Shown here: positions 47,861 through 58,428 of the stretch, in pieces
How the letters are laid out: every line of letters starts with the position of its first letter
Position numbering within the stretch: position 1 is the first letter of the stretch
Assembly (NCBI GenBank): GCA_965217775.1
Contig: CBDCJH010000002.1
Location: 2,400,001 to 2,464,000, forward strand
Origin: Acidobacteriota bacterium
Lineage (GTDB): Bacteria > Acidobacteriota > UBA6911 > RPQK01 > JAJDTT01
Direction of reading: 5' to 3'
Length of the DNA stretch: 64,000 nt
Position numbers and translations under genes: made by a program
The notes under the pieces: model-generated
The model's input: the letters and a program-made list of their open reading frames with translations, nothing else
Databases searched by the model: none
Told to the model about the DNA's origin: nothing

Positions 47861-48218
47861 TGCTACTCCTCGGACATTGAAATGAACTGACTAGTGGGAT
47901 GACGCGGCAGATCCGCAAACACACTGCAAATCTTCAAAACTCGCCGCGTAGCCAGAATAGGCGCACTTTATAACCCATCTGCCCTTCCGATACAAATTTG
48001 CTTCGGAAGAAATCTTAACCGAAGAGGATGACAACTCCGAGAGATCCTGGTGCGGGTCGCGTCAACCCCGCCAGCCGTAAACCCCGGCGACCATTTCCTG
48101 CTTCGCCCATGTGCCAGGTACAGGTCGCGGGATGCGGATACGACAGGCCCTCGCTCCGGCTCGCCAGGCGACGCTTCCAGTAGTCCTGCTGAAGGTCAGG
48201 AAAATTCTCACTGGCGCC

Positions 48219-48253
48219 AAAAAAAGAGGGGACCGGCATTTGCCGGCCCCCTC
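48219..48253 (-). terminator. Rho-independent terminator
   Basis: GAGGGGACCGGCA/TGCCGGCCCCCTC stem with an A7 tract (U-tract on the minus strand), downstream of the receptor gene. Confidence 0.75.
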
Positions 48254-48285
48254 CGGGTTCTGATCGCCTCTGCTGTTTCCGCCAA

Positions 48286-51200
48286 TCAGAAGTGAATCGA
48301 GAGACTCAGTTGGATGATCCTGGGAGGAAAGGAGACAGAACGGATGGTGCCAAAGGCCGCCTTGTTGCCGATGTCGGTATTCGGGTTGCCCCAGATATGG
48401 CGGTTGAACAGATTGAAGAAATCGGCCCCTAAGCGAACGTAGATGTCCTCGTTGACATAAGTATCTTTCTGGATGGTGGCGTTCTCGTTGAAATAGCTGC
48501 AGGCTCGTGTCGTAGGCAACGTCCTGGTATTCCCCAAGGTAAAGGGCGCAGGATTGGCAAAGGCGTTGATGTTGATGTATCGGTTCCGGGATGGGTCGTT
48601 GGGGTCGTAATCTCCACAGTCAACACCGGTCCGAACCGATACGCCGTCGACCCGGTCCGGCCAGATGGCGTTAAAGCCGCCCGGGTAGCGGACGCGGCTG
48701 CTCATATGGAGGGGCTGTGCGGAGAAATAGGCCTGCTGCATCCCAATGTTCCAGCCACCGATCAGCTTCTTCACTACCGAACTCGTGTCTGCGCCCCAGC
48801 GCTTTCCCGGTCCAAAAGGCAATTCCCACATCCAGCTCACGGCAACATTCTGGGGCCGATCCTGGTCGTACAAATACCGAAGGTGCCGTTGCGAAGTATG
48901 CTGGATGTGGCTGGCGAGCGAATGCCCCTGGTTGGCCCACCTGGCGTTGCCCAGCGCTTTGGAGATGGTGTAGTTGAGCATGAAGCTCATCCCGTGCCCG
49001 TAGCGCTTCTGCATGGACAACACCACACCATGGTAGGTCAGGTCGGTAACGGGGGCGGCGCGTTCGTTGATGTTCAGCATGTGAGGAAACGGTCTGAGCG
49101 CCTGATTCACAGGTCCTGTAAATCCCTCATAGGGAGCAGTGATCCCTGCCGCCGCGGCTGCCGGGGAATTGATGTCGGCAAAGAGCAGGGTGCCCAACGC
49201 CAGATGCCTGGGGTCAAGCTGGTTCAATCGAACGGCATCGTTACTGGGGAGACTGTGGCTGAACTTGCCGTGGTAGTTGGCTCGAAAAGCAGTACCCCAG
49301 CCCAGGTCTCTTTCCACACCAAAGTTGACGGTCAGCGTCCTGCCCGCCTTCATGGTGTCCCGGTTCAGGGCCACTACCGACTGGCCGTTGGCAAAGGAAG
49401 GGTCGAGGTCGGGCAGGTTGGGAAGGATGTCCGGAAATCCGTCATCCCAGTTGAAGCCGGGGGTCACACCACCGTCCAGACTCGCAGCGGTCACATTGAG
49501 AATCCAGCCGATAGCGGGCGTATTGAATCCGCTGGTCATGGCGCCGAAGTGTGGAAAGTACATGTAGGCGGCACTGGCCTTCAAGACGGTCTTTTCGTCA
49601 GGCGAGTAAGCCAGCCCCAGACGAGGCCCCCAGTTGCTCCAGAGGGTCGGGGCCACTCGTTTGAACCCGTTCCGGCCTGGGCCCTCACCCCAGAACCACA
49701 GGGCCCCCGGAAGACCACCGGCACCGGGGTTGGGGACGGTCGGGTTGAAGGCCCCGATGCGGTCGTAGCTCTCTCCCGCGGTTATGAAGACGTCGTTGCG
49801 GATGCCGTAATTCACCGTCAACTTGGGGGTGGCGCGCCAAGAGTCCTGAAAGTAGAAACCCCAGGCTCCGCCATCGCGTTTGAAGGCTGTTGGGCTATTG
49901 ACGGTGCCACCGTCCACCTCGCCCAGGAACTGGCTGGCAAAGCCCCATCCGGTTGCAGGGAAGCCGGGCAGACCGGTCGTGCGATCCTGAAAGCTGAAAT
50001 TTCCCTGACCAAAAATCGACGAATCCCCTTTGGAGACCGACAGTAAATAGGAGCCGCCAAATTTGAAATTGTGCGAGCCTCTGACCCAGGTCATGTCGAA
50101 GTGGGCGGGCACGGTCTGGCTGGGGTCATTGAGCTTCCGGAAAATCGGGCCATACCCGGTCATTCCCTCGGTGTTCACTCTTGGTGCATTGGGGTTGCTG
50201 ACTCCGGTAATTCCGATCTCTTCACCAAAACGGTCGTTGTCCAGACCCTGAGTACCGATAATTCGCGGCGTCCGGGTCACACCGGTGCGAAGGTTCAAGA
50301 TCACGTTGGGCCGGATGGTCCAGTAATAATTGAAGCGATAGCGGTATTGAGCCGACTCGTTTATGTGAAGGCTGGAGATCGCCTCGTCAAAGACCTGCGG
50401 ATAAGTGGACCTGTTCAGCCTGACATTCTGCTCCGTGCCAAACGTAAACTTGTGGGATCCCGCTTCATCGATCTGATGATCGATCTTGAGGTAATAGGAC
50501 TCTTTGTCGTCCGGGCGTAGAGTCTGGGTTCCGACCCAGTTATTGCTGACGCCCGGCCGGTTGGGCGCACCAACGTGCGAAAGCAGGGCCTGTGTGATCG
50601 AGCTTGAGCGGTCGGAAGGAATGATGTTTCCCGGAAAGGGATCGCGGATGAACCCGCCTTGTCCATCCGGTCGCGTGCTGGCCGGATCGAAGATCTGGCC
50701 CTGAAAAACCGGCCGGCCCAGGGCATCGGTCCCGACTTGATCCCCCAATATCTCACTGAAGTCGCCGTTGCGCATGGCAGTGGTGGGGACGGTGGCAGTC
50801 GTCCCGGAGGGGGCTGTCCGCAATTTGTAGATATCGATCCCCCCAAAGAAAAACGTGCGGTTTTTCCAGATGGGACCGCCCAGCACGAAGCCGAAGTCAT
50901 TCTGCCGGGTGACGGCTCTCCTCGCCGCAAACCAGGGTCGAGCGTCGAACACGTCGTTTCGGTTGTACCAGAAGCCAGTGCCGTGAAAGTCGTTGGTGCC
51001 TGATTTGAAGACCAGGTTGATGGCCACACCGCTGTCCCAGCCATGCTCGGCCTGGGTGTTGGTGTCGAGTCGGAATTCCTGAACCATCTCTGGAATCGGC
51101 GCCGTGTCATCGCGTGCGTTCTCGTGAGTCGAACCGCTCGCCCTCACCCCGTCAATGTTGTAGCTGGGAGAAGCAGTTGGAGTTCCCTGGACGAAGGACC

Positions 51201-51756
51201 TGGACATGGCAACGTTCTCGTTGTCGAAATACCTGAAGGGGTCGTAAGACACACCGGGCATGGTCCGCAGGAAGGACAGGGCCTGGCGGTTGTTGAACGA
51301 GACGACCAGAGGCAGACGGGCAATTTCCTCGTTCACCCTGGCATAGCCTGCCTTATTGCTTTGCTTCTCAATGGTGGGGAGTGTAGCCGCCACCTCCACG
51401 GTTTCCGTCACTTGGCCCACTGTCAACCCAACGTCGAGAGTGACAATCTCACCCGAAACGACGCGGATCCCGGTCTGTTCAAGCGTCCGGAAGCCGGTCA
51501 AGGAGGCCAGCAGCGCATATTCGCCGATGGGCACGGAGTTGAACCCGTAAAGCCCCACGTCGTTCGTCACGACGTCCCGTTGCGCGCCCGTGCCCAGGTT
51601 GGTGAGGGTCACTTCCACGCCGGGGAGAACGCCTCCGCCTTCGTCTCGCACGGTCCCGGTAACGGTTCCCACATGCTCCTGGGCCAATACCGGGAGGGAA
51701 ACCATCAAAACAAACAATGGAAGAGCACTCTTGATGGAAAAGAGGGAAGTGTGCAT
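48286..51756 (-). CDS. TonB-dependent receptor (paralog of 44429-47860)
   Basis: Same architecture; shared blocks such as ATLPTIEKQSNKAGYARVNEEIARLP. Confidence 0.9.
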   Translation of the reverse strand: MHTSLFSIKSALPLFVLMVSLPVLAQEHVGTVTGTVRDEGGGVLPGVEVTLTNLGTGAQRDVVTNDVGLYGFNSVPIGEYALLASLTGFRTLEQTGIRVVSGEIVTLDVGLTVGQVTETVEVAATLPTIEKQSNKAGYARVNEEIARLPLVVSFNNRQALSFLRTMPGVSYDPFRYFDNENVAMSRSFVQGTPTASPSYNIDGVRASGSTHENARDDTAPIPEMVQEFRLDTNTQAEHGWDSGVAINLVFKSGTNDFHGTGFWYNRNDVFDARPWFAARRAVTRQNDFGFVLGGPIWKNRTFFFGGIDIYKLRTAPSGTTATVPTTAMRNGDFSEILGDQVGTDALGRPVFQGQIFDPASTRPDGQGGFIRDPFPGNIIPSDRSSSITQALLSHVGAPNRPGVSNNWVGTQTLRPDDKESYYLKIDHQIDEAGSHKFTFGTEQNVRLNRSTYPQVFDEAISSLHINESAQYRYRFNYYWTIRPNVILNLRTGVTRTPRIIGTQGLDNDRFGEEIGITGVSNPNAPRVNTEGMTGYGPIFRKLNDPSQTVPAHFDMTWVRGSHNFKFGGSYLLSVSKGDSSIFGQGNFSFQDRTTGLPGFPATGWGFASQFLGEVDGGTVNSPTAFKRDGGAWGFYFQDSWRATPKLTVNYGIRNDVFITAGESYDRIGAFNPTVPNPGAGGLPGALWFWGEGPGRNGFKRVAPTLWSNWGPRLGLAYSPDEKTVLKASAAYMYFPHFGAMTSGFNTPAIGWILNVTAASLDGGVTPGFNWDDGFPDILPNLPDLDPSFANGQSVVALNRDTMKAGRTLTVNFGVERDLGWGTAFRANYHGKFSHSLPSNDAVRLNQLDPRHLALGTLLFADINSPAAAAAGITAPYEGFTGPVNQALRPFPHMLNINERAAPVTDLTYHGVVLSMQKRYGHGMSFMLNYTISKALGNARWANQGHSLASHIQHTSQRHLRYLYDQDRPQNVAVSWMWELPFGPGKRWGADTSSVVKKLIGGWNIGMQQAYFSAQPLHMSSRVRYPGGFNAIWPDRVDGVSVRTGVDCGDYDPNDPSRNRYININAFANPAPFTLGNTRTLPTTRACSYFNENATIQKDTYVNEDIYVRLGADFFNLFNRHIWGNPNTDIGNKAAFGTIRSVSFPPRIIQLSLSIHF

Positions 51757-51986
51757 CGTCGTCTCCTTCTTGGCGAGCGTGGAAGTCGATTCCCACCTGT
51801 TGCACTGGAATATAGACGAGGTTGTCAGAAAAAGTCAAAAGATTTCCTGGACTTGGTGTCTTTATTACGTTAAAACGCTCGATTTTTTTGACACGTGATC
51901 TGTCCGGTCGGTAAAAATTGGACTCCCTCGTCGTGTCGCCTGGTGACCTTTTCCTGCTTCGCGCATGTGCTAGGTTAGGTCACGGG

Positions 51987-53681
51987 ATGTGGATTCGACA
52001 GGCCCTTGCTCCGGCTCTCCAGGCGACGCTCCTGGGCCTGATGACCACCCTGGCGCCATCCCTCCTTTTGTTGGCCCAGCCCCTGCCAATCCTGAGAGAC
52101 GTCACCCCAGAGGCCGGTTTGAACCTGGTCACCACCTGCGGAACGCCGCAGAAGAAATTCATCGTCGAAGGGAACGGTAGCGGTTGCGCCTGGATCGACT
52201 ACGACAACGACGGATGGACCGATCTCTACATCGTCAACGGCATCTCCAGCGCCGCGCTCATGGCGGGCCGGGAGGACGCCGCCTCCGCCCCCAATTTCCT
52301 GTTCCGCAACCGTGGGGACGGCACCTTCTCCCAGGTGACCGTCAATGCCGGAGTCGCCGGGACCGGCTTGGGCAACGGCGTGGCGGCGGCCGACTACGAC
52401 AACGACGGGTGGATCGACCTGTTCGTCACCAACTACGGCCGCGATCTTCTGTACCGGAACAACGGCAACGGAACCTTTACCGAAGTGGGAGCCTCCGCGG
52501 GAGTCGCCGGCGCCGGGGAATGGAGCACGGGAGCCGCGTTCGGAGACTACGACGGCGACGGGTGGCTGGACCTTTACGTGGCGCGCTATCTGGAGTTCGA
52601 CGTCGACGACCCTCCACTGGGAGGGGAGTTCTGCGGATACCGGGGCATCCCGGTCATGTGCGGCCCCAAAGGGCTGACGGGAGCGCCCGACGTCCTCTAC
52701 CGCAACAACGGCGACGGTACCTTCACCGATGTGACCCGGGCGACCGGGGTGCAGGATGAGAAGCTCCTGTACGGATTCACCCCGGTCTTCGAGGACTTGG
52801 ACAACGATGGCTACCCCGATCTCTTCGTCACCAACGACGCGGGCCCCAATTACCTGTACCGGAACCGGCGGGACGGGACCTTCCGGGAGACGGCGCTGCT
52901 TGCGGGGGTGGGCTACAACGCCCAGGGGACGGCCCAGGCGGACATGGGCGTAGCGGTGGGTGATGTGGGGGGTGACGGCCGGATCGACCTGTTCACCACC
53001 ACCTTCTCCGAAGAGTACTACCCCTTCTTCCGAAACCTGGGAGCAGGCGGGTTCGAGGAGGTCTCACAGCCGGTGGGACTGGCCACCCGCACCCTGCCCT
53101 ACCTGGGATGGGCGACCTTTTTCCTCGACTTCGACAACGACGGAAACCTGGACTTGTTTGTCGCCAATGGGCATATTTTCCCGCAGGTGGAGGCCTCGTT
53201 GGAAAGCTACCGGCAACCCGATCTTCTGTTTCGGGGGAACGGCGAGTTCGGATTTCAGGATGTCACCGATGAGGTGGGACTGGACCAGGCGCCGGTCCGG
53301 TCCAGCCGGGGAGGCGCCTTCTGCGACTACGACAACGACGGGGACCTGGACCTGCTGGTGCTGGCCATCGACGACGCCCCCACGCTCCTGCGCAACGACG
53401 GAGGAAACCGGCAGAACTGGCTCCAGTTCCGGCTCACCGGCAGGCGCGGCAACCGGTCCGCCATCGGGGCCCGGGTTCAGGTCGTGACCGGTTCCAAGAC
53501 TCGGACCGGCCGCATCAGAAGCGGCGGAGGCTTCCTCTCCCAGAACGACCTTCGTCTGCATTTCGGCTTGGGTCAGGCGGCCGCCGCCGACCGGGTCGAG
53601 ATCAGTTGGCCCCGCGGAGGAAGCCAGGTTCTGATGAACGTTCAAGCAAACCGGATCATCCGCATCGAGGAGGCCGAATGA
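51987..53681 (+). CDS. CRTAC1 family protein (FG-GAP/VCBS repeats plus ASPIC/UnbV)
   Basis: Repeated DYDNDGW.DL; NRSAIGARV; SQNDLRLHFGLG. Start uncertain. Confidence 0.9.
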   Translation: MWIRQALAPALQATLLGLMTTLAPSLLLLAQPLPILRDVTPEAGLNLVTTCGTPQKKFIVEGNGSGCAWIDYDNDGWTDLYIVNGISSAALMAGREDAASAPNFLFRNRGDGTFSQVTVNAGVAGTGLGNGVAAADYDNDGWIDLFVTNYGRDLLYRNNGNGTFTEVGASAGVAGAGEWSTGAAFGDYDGDGWLDLYVARYLEFDVDDPPLGGEFCGYRGIPVMCGPKGLTGAPDVLYRNNGDGTFTDVTRATGVQDEKLLYGFTPVFEDLDNDGYPDLFVTNDAGPNYLYRNRRDGTFRETALLAGVGYNAQGTAQADMGVAVGDVGGDGRIDLFTTTFSEEYYPFFRNLGAGGFEEVSQPVGLATRTLPYLGWATFFLDFDNDGNLDLFVANGHIFPQVEASLESYRQPDLLFRGNGEFGFQDVTDEVGLDQAPVRSSRGGAFCDYDNDGDLDLLVLAIDDAPTLLRNDGGNRQNWLQFRLTGRRGNRSAIGARVQVVTGSKTRTGRIRSGGGFLSQNDLRLHFGLGQAAAADRVEISWPRGGSQVLMNVQANRIIRIEEAE

Positions 53682-55375
53682 AAGAACTATCTCCAAGTCG
53701 AGTTTCCTGGAGCGCCATTTTCCTGCTCTGCTTGTCTCTGGCGTTGCCTTCCGTGACCCCGGCCGGAGAAGCTTCCGGAGCCGGAGAGAGCGCCCGGTTC
53801 CTGGACCTCACCCTGCTGGTCTCTCCCGACCATCCAGTCAACTGGCCGGACATCTTTCCCTACGTTCAAATCAACCACTATCTCCGGATCGGTCCGCGCG
53901 GCCCTTACAACAGCGACATCATCACCATCGACGAGAACACCGGGACCCAGTTCGATTCGCCCGCTCACGGTCCGGTTCCCCGGGAGACGGCCAAGATCAC
54001 GCCCGAACGGGTGCCGGTCTGGCAATTCCTGGGGGAGGCCTGCGTCATCGACGTGCGCCCCCTGCTGGACGATGCTCCAATCGGCCACAGTCCCCTGATC
54101 CGCAAGCAGCACGTCGTGGATTGGGAGCAGCGCCACCGGCCCCTGGGCCCTGGCGACGTGGTCCTCTTCCGGAGCGGCTACAACGACAAGTATTTCAAGC
54201 CGCTTCCGGAGGGACGGGGTTTCGTGGCCGAGGTCGCGGCGGGCGAGAAAACGGCCTGGCCGGCGCCCGAGGCCGAGACCATGGACTACGTGGGGAGCCG
54301 GGGCGTTCTGACCGCAGGGATCGACAGTCCCAGCATGGGACCGCTTCCACCCCCGGGGGGCATGGAAACCCACGGCGCGGGGCTGAAATACGGAATGCTC
54401 TGGACGGAAGGGGCCCGGAATCTGGGCGACCTCCCGGCGACGGGAGCCGTCTACGTCCAACTGCCGCCGAAACACGGAGGGGGCATCGGCGCCGAGGTCC
54501 GGGCTTTCGGCATCGTCGGGAACCCGCTGGCGTCGTGGTTGATCAAAGCTGCGCGCAAACAGAGGGTCATCGATCTTTCCGTCCAGCTCTCCGAGGACCT
54601 GCCGGTCTGGTGGCCCGGTCCCGGAGCCGGCAATTCCCGTTACCCATATTACCAGCATGTGCTTCCGCTTCCCTATGTTCCGGCGCAACACCAACGCGCC
54701 TTTGACAGCCACACGGGCACGCATCTGGTGCCACCCGCCTATGCCCTGCCCCGGAAGCGATTCGACCCTGGCGACTACTCGCCGCAGGTGAGGGAGTGGC
54801 TGGGTGAATACGAGAAAAGCTACGGACCGAGAGGGTTCACCGACATCACCACCGAAAAGGTGCCTCTTTCCCAGACCGCCGGCTGGGCCCGGGTCATCGA
54901 CGTGAAGCACCGGATCGGTTCCACCCGCGAGTCTGACTGGCCAGCCTCCCCGGTCATCCGTCCCGATGACATCCGGGAGTACGAGAAACGGTCCGGCGAG
55001 CTGCAACCGGGGGACGTGGTCATCTTCCACAGCGGGTACAGCGACCGCTACCTGAAGCCGTTTCCGGAACACAAGGCCTGCATGGCGGATCCGCTCAACG
55101 GGAAACGGGAGGGCTGGCCGGCGCCGGGAGTGGACGCCATCCAGTACTTGGCGGACCGGGGAATCCGCTGCGTCGCGACGGACGGTCCGACGCTGGGAGG
55201 CGTCGATCCCAAGAACGCCATTATGACCTACTGGGCCCTCGGCAGCCGCGGATTGGTGGGCGTCGAGTACCTGACCCGCGTCGGGTCTATGCCGCCCAAG
55301 TCGTACTTCATCTTCGCCGCGCCCAGGCTCGAGGGAGCCCACGGCGGTTCCGGCCGGGCGATTGCGGTCTATTGA
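53678..55375 (+). CDS. Exported tandem cyclase (kynurenine formamidase-like) family protein
   Basis: Two repeats of DL...TGT...GDVV.F.SGY...G..RA; signal peptide. Confidence 0.8.
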   Translation: MKELSPSRVSWSAIFLLCLSLALPSVTPAGEASGAGESARFLDLTLLVSPDHPVNWPDIFPYVQINHYLRIGPRGPYNSDIITIDENTGTQFDSPAHGPVPRETAKITPERVPVWQFLGEACVIDVRPLLDDAPIGHSPLIRKQHVVDWEQRHRPLGPGDVVLFRSGYNDKYFKPLPEGRGFVAEVAAGEKTAWPAPEAETMDYVGSRGVLTAGIDSPSMGPLPPPGGMETHGAGLKYGMLWTEGARNLGDLPATGAVYVQLPPKHGGGIGAEVRAFGIVGNPLASWLIKAARKQRVIDLSVQLSEDLPVWWPGPGAGNSRYPYYQHVLPLPYVPAQHQRAFDSHTGTHLVPPAYALPRKRFDPGDYSPQVREWLGEYEKSYGPRGFTDITTEKVPLSQTAGWARVIDVKHRIGSTRESDWPASPVIRPDDIREYEKRSGELQPGDVVIFHSGYSDRYLKPFPEHKACMADPLNGKREGWPAPGVDAIQYLADRGIRCVATDGPTLGGVDPKNAIMTYWALGSRGLVGVEYLTRVGSMPPKSYFIFAAPRLEGAHGGSGRAIAVY

Positions 55376-55447
55376 CCCGAATGGTAAATGGGGACCTGAT
55401 TAGTCCCTTACTCTCAAAATCGTGTGCAAATGGACGAAGAATTATTG

Positions 55448-55570
55448 GTAGGGGCGCCCCTTGTGGGCGCCCTCTTCGGTCCAAACCGGAGCCAGACGCG
55501 GCCAATTGAATGTCAGGCATCTGGAACGCCGGCGGCGAAGAAATTTTGGTTCCGGCTACGCCGGGTTGCG
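55448..55570 (+). repeat. GTAG-type REP-headed dispersed repeat
   Basis: GTAGGGGCGCCCCTTGTGGGCGCCCTCTTCG followed by sequence similar to the reverse complement of 20565-20669. Confidence 0.8.
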
Positions 55571-55932
55571 GGGAACAACACAAGGGCAAGTCCGGAACAC
55601 TCGCCGGCGGGTCCCTCTATTCCACTATTGGTATCGTGCCGGAGGAATAGCGTGGAAACTGCAGCGATGTCCCGACGGGAATAGTCTGGAAGGGAGACTG
55701 AGCAGCGAACCGGCGTGCACCGCCAAGCGGTTCAGGTCGCTTGATTCAACAACTCAGCAAGTCGTTTCTTGTTCCGGATTTTTCCTTGCGGCATTCTTGA
55801 GTTTCTGAAGACGAGCCTGCCGAGTAGTGGCGTACTCGACAGGCCCTGAGCCAACTCGTCCTATGCCGGAGGACGAGCCAGCCTAAAAAGTATTGTACTT
55901 CACCAACACCCCTGGTTTCAGTCCGGCAATCG

Positions 55933-56080
55933 AGAGCGACCCGGGTCCGGACGAACGGCAACGCCGTCATGATCGTTCCCAACTCCGAATTCATCGAGGG
56001 ACGGGTGACGAACTGGACTGCCAACGGCCGGAACGTCCGCATCAAGGTTCCGTTGGGAGTATCCTACGGGAAATGACCCG
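55933..56080 (+). pseudogene. MscS mechanosensitive channel fragment
   Basis: RATRVRTNGNAVMIVPNSEFIEGRVTNWT...RIKVPLGVSYG then stop; no start or TM region. Confidence 0.7.
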
Positions 56081-56142
56081 GATCCAAGCGGAGGGACAAG
56101 GTACCGGGAACCCGGCACCGACTCTTTGAAGGAGTTATTGTA

Positions 56143-58404
56143 ATGGCTCAACACCCGCGACCGGCCGCTGCGAGCGCCGCCACACCCTCCGTTGCAGGAC
56201 ACGGGTTCGGCACAGCACCGGTTTTCCTGGCCTCGATCAGCACCATCCTGGGGGCGATCCTCTTCCTGCGCTTCGGCTACGCCGTCGGCCATGTCGGCCT
56301 CTGGGGCAGCCTCATGATCGTCCTGATCGGACATCTGGTGACCATCCCCACCGTCCTCGCCGTGTCCGAAATCGCCACCAACCGCCGGGTGGCCGGCGGC
56401 GGCGCGTACTACATCATCAGCCGTTCCTTCGGCACCAACATCGGAGGCGCCATCGGGATCGCACTGTATTTGTCGCAGGCGATCTCGATCGCTTTCTATC
56501 TCGTCGCATTCGCGGAAGCGTTTGACCCCGTCTACGAATGGGCCGCCACCCAGTACGAAGTGACTCCCGACCCCCGCTGGATCAGCCTTCCCTGCACCCT
56601 CCTGCTCATGGTGATGATGCTTACCGTTGGGGCCAAGCTGGGCGTCGGAGCACTCTGGGTCGTCAGCGCGATGCTGGGGGTGGCGATCTCAACCTTCCTC
56701 CTGGGACAAGGGCCCGAATCGATCCGGCCCGACGGGCTGAATCTCACGACTCGAATCGAAGGCGCCGACTCTTTCGGCATTGTCTTTGCGACCTGTTTCC
56801 CCGCCTTCACCGGTATGATCGCCGGCCTTGGGCTCTCCGGTGACCTGAAGAATCCGCAGAAGAGTATTCCGCTGGGCACCATCGGGGCGACGCTGGCCGG
56901 CATGGTCGTCTACGCCTTGGTCGCGATCAAGCTCGCCCAGAGCGCCACCCCGGAAGCGCTCGCTGCCGATCAGTTCATCATGGCAAAGATCGCCTTCTGG
57001 GGCCCGGCGATCTACGTGGGGTTGGGTGCTGCCGCCTTCTCCTCTGCCCTGGGTTCGATCCTGGTGGCTCCCAGAACGCTTCAGGCGCTGGCCCGGGACA
57101 ACGTGCTCCCGGTTCCAAAACTGAATCGCGTACTCAAGCGGGTCCGTGGCAGAGCTCACGAACCCGTGGCCGCGACCTACGTATCGGGCGCCATCGCGAT
57201 CCTTTTCGTGGTCATTGGAGACGTGGATTTCATCGCACAGATCCTCAGCATGTTCTTCATGGTGACCTACGGCGCCCTCTGCACGGTCTCATTCCTCGAA
57301 TACTTCGCCGGCAATCCCTCCTACCGTCCCACCTTCCATTCCCGCTGGTACCTGTCGCTTCTGGGAGCCGTGATGTGCGGGTTGATGATGATCCAGATGA
57401 ACCTACTCTACGCGTTCCTGGCGATTTCGCTGATGGTGGCGGCCTATTACGGATTGAGTCGAACCCGCAAGGGGGAGCGCGACCTGACGGCGATTTTCCA
57501 AGGCACCATGTTCCAACTGACCCGGCGCCTCCAGATCACTCTGCAAAAGAACCAGGTGGAGAAGTCGGAAGGAGGCTGGCGTCCGTCGATCGTCGCGGTG
57601 ACCCGTTTCGGGGAACGTAGACTCGGCCACTTCGACCTGATGCGCTGGATCAGCCACCGCCACGGATTCGGGCATTTCATCCAGTTCTTTCAAGGAGACT
57701 ACACCTTCGCGGGGGAGATCCAGGCCCGGGCTCACGTGGGCAAGCTCATTGAGCGTAGCGAGATCAGCGGTGCCGGTATTTTCGTGGACTCCCTCATCTC
57801 TCCTTCCTTCGAAATGGCGCTGGCCCAAACCCTTCAGATGCCGGGTATCTCGGGACTACCCAACAATTGTGTCCTGCTGGAATTCGACAACGAGCATCCG
57901 GAGGAGATCGAAGAAACCTTGCGGGGTGTGCGTCTCGCCGCCGAGTCGCAGTTCAATGTCCTCGTATTGCGTTCCGCCAAGTACCGTTTCGGTTACCGGT
58001 CTTCGATCCACATCTGGGTGACCGAGGACAACCTGTCGAACGCTCCGCTGATGTTGCTGCTGGCCTACATCATCGTGGGGCACCCGGAATGGAGGCGGGC
58101 CCAGATCCGATTCTTCGCCTGCCTCGACTCGGAACACGCCGAACGGGAGACCCACAATCTCTCCAACATGGTGACCGTGGGCCGGCTTCCGATCTCCAGA
58201 CAGAATGTCACTTCAGTCTGCTGCGCGACGCAGGAAGCCCTGGAGCAAGAGGTGTCGGACCGGTCGTCCAAGGCCGATCTCGTTATCGCGGGGCTGACGG
58301 CCGACGCCCTCCAGTCGGAAGCGGCGGAGCAATCGCTCCGTGTCTTCGGCGGAGCGAACGACGTGCTCTTCGTCCACGCCAGCGAATCCATAGTGATCGA
58401 GTGA
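56143..58404 (+). CDS. Cation-chloride cotransporter-like APC permease
   Basis: TILGAILFLRFG, GGGAYYIISRSFG, FPAFTG..AG..LSGDL..P..SIP.GT, WRP C-terminal domain. Confidence 0.9.
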   Translation: MAQHPRPAAASAATPSVAGHGFGTAPVFLASISTILGAILFLRFGYAVGHVGLWGSLMIVLIGHLVTIPTVLAVSEIATNRRVAGGGAYYIISRSFGTNIGGAIGIALYLSQAISIAFYLVAFAEAFDPVYEWAATQYEVTPDPRWISLPCTLLLMVMMLTVGAKLGVGALWVVSAMLGVAISTFLLGQGPESIRPDGLNLTTRIEGADSFGIVFATCFPAFTGMIAGLGLSGDLKNPQKSIPLGTIGATLAGMVVYALVAIKLAQSATPEALAADQFIMAKIAFWGPAIYVGLGAAAFSSALGSILVAPRTLQALARDNVLPVPKLNRVLKRVRGRAHEPVAATYVSGAIAILFVVIGDVDFIAQILSMFFMVTYGALCTVSFLEYFAGNPSYRPTFHSRWYLSLLGAVMCGLMMIQMNLLYAFLAISLMVAAYYGLSRTRKGERDLTAIFQGTMFQLTRRLQITLQKNQVEKSEGGWRPSIVAVTRFGERRLGHFDLMRWISHRHGFGHFIQFFQGDYTFAGEIQARAHVGKLIERSEISGAGIFVDSLISPSFEMALAQTLQMPGISGLPNNCVLLEFDNEHPEEIEETLRGVRLAAESQFNVLVLRSAKYRFGYRSSIHIWVTEDNLSNAPLMLLLAYIIVGHPEWRRAQIRFFACLDSEHAERETHNLSNMVTVGRLPISRQNVTSVCCATQEALEQEVSDRSSKADLVIAGLTADALQSEAAEQSLRVFGGANDVLFVHASESIVIE

Positions 58405-58428
58405 GCAGTTGACGGGTCCGGATCGAAT

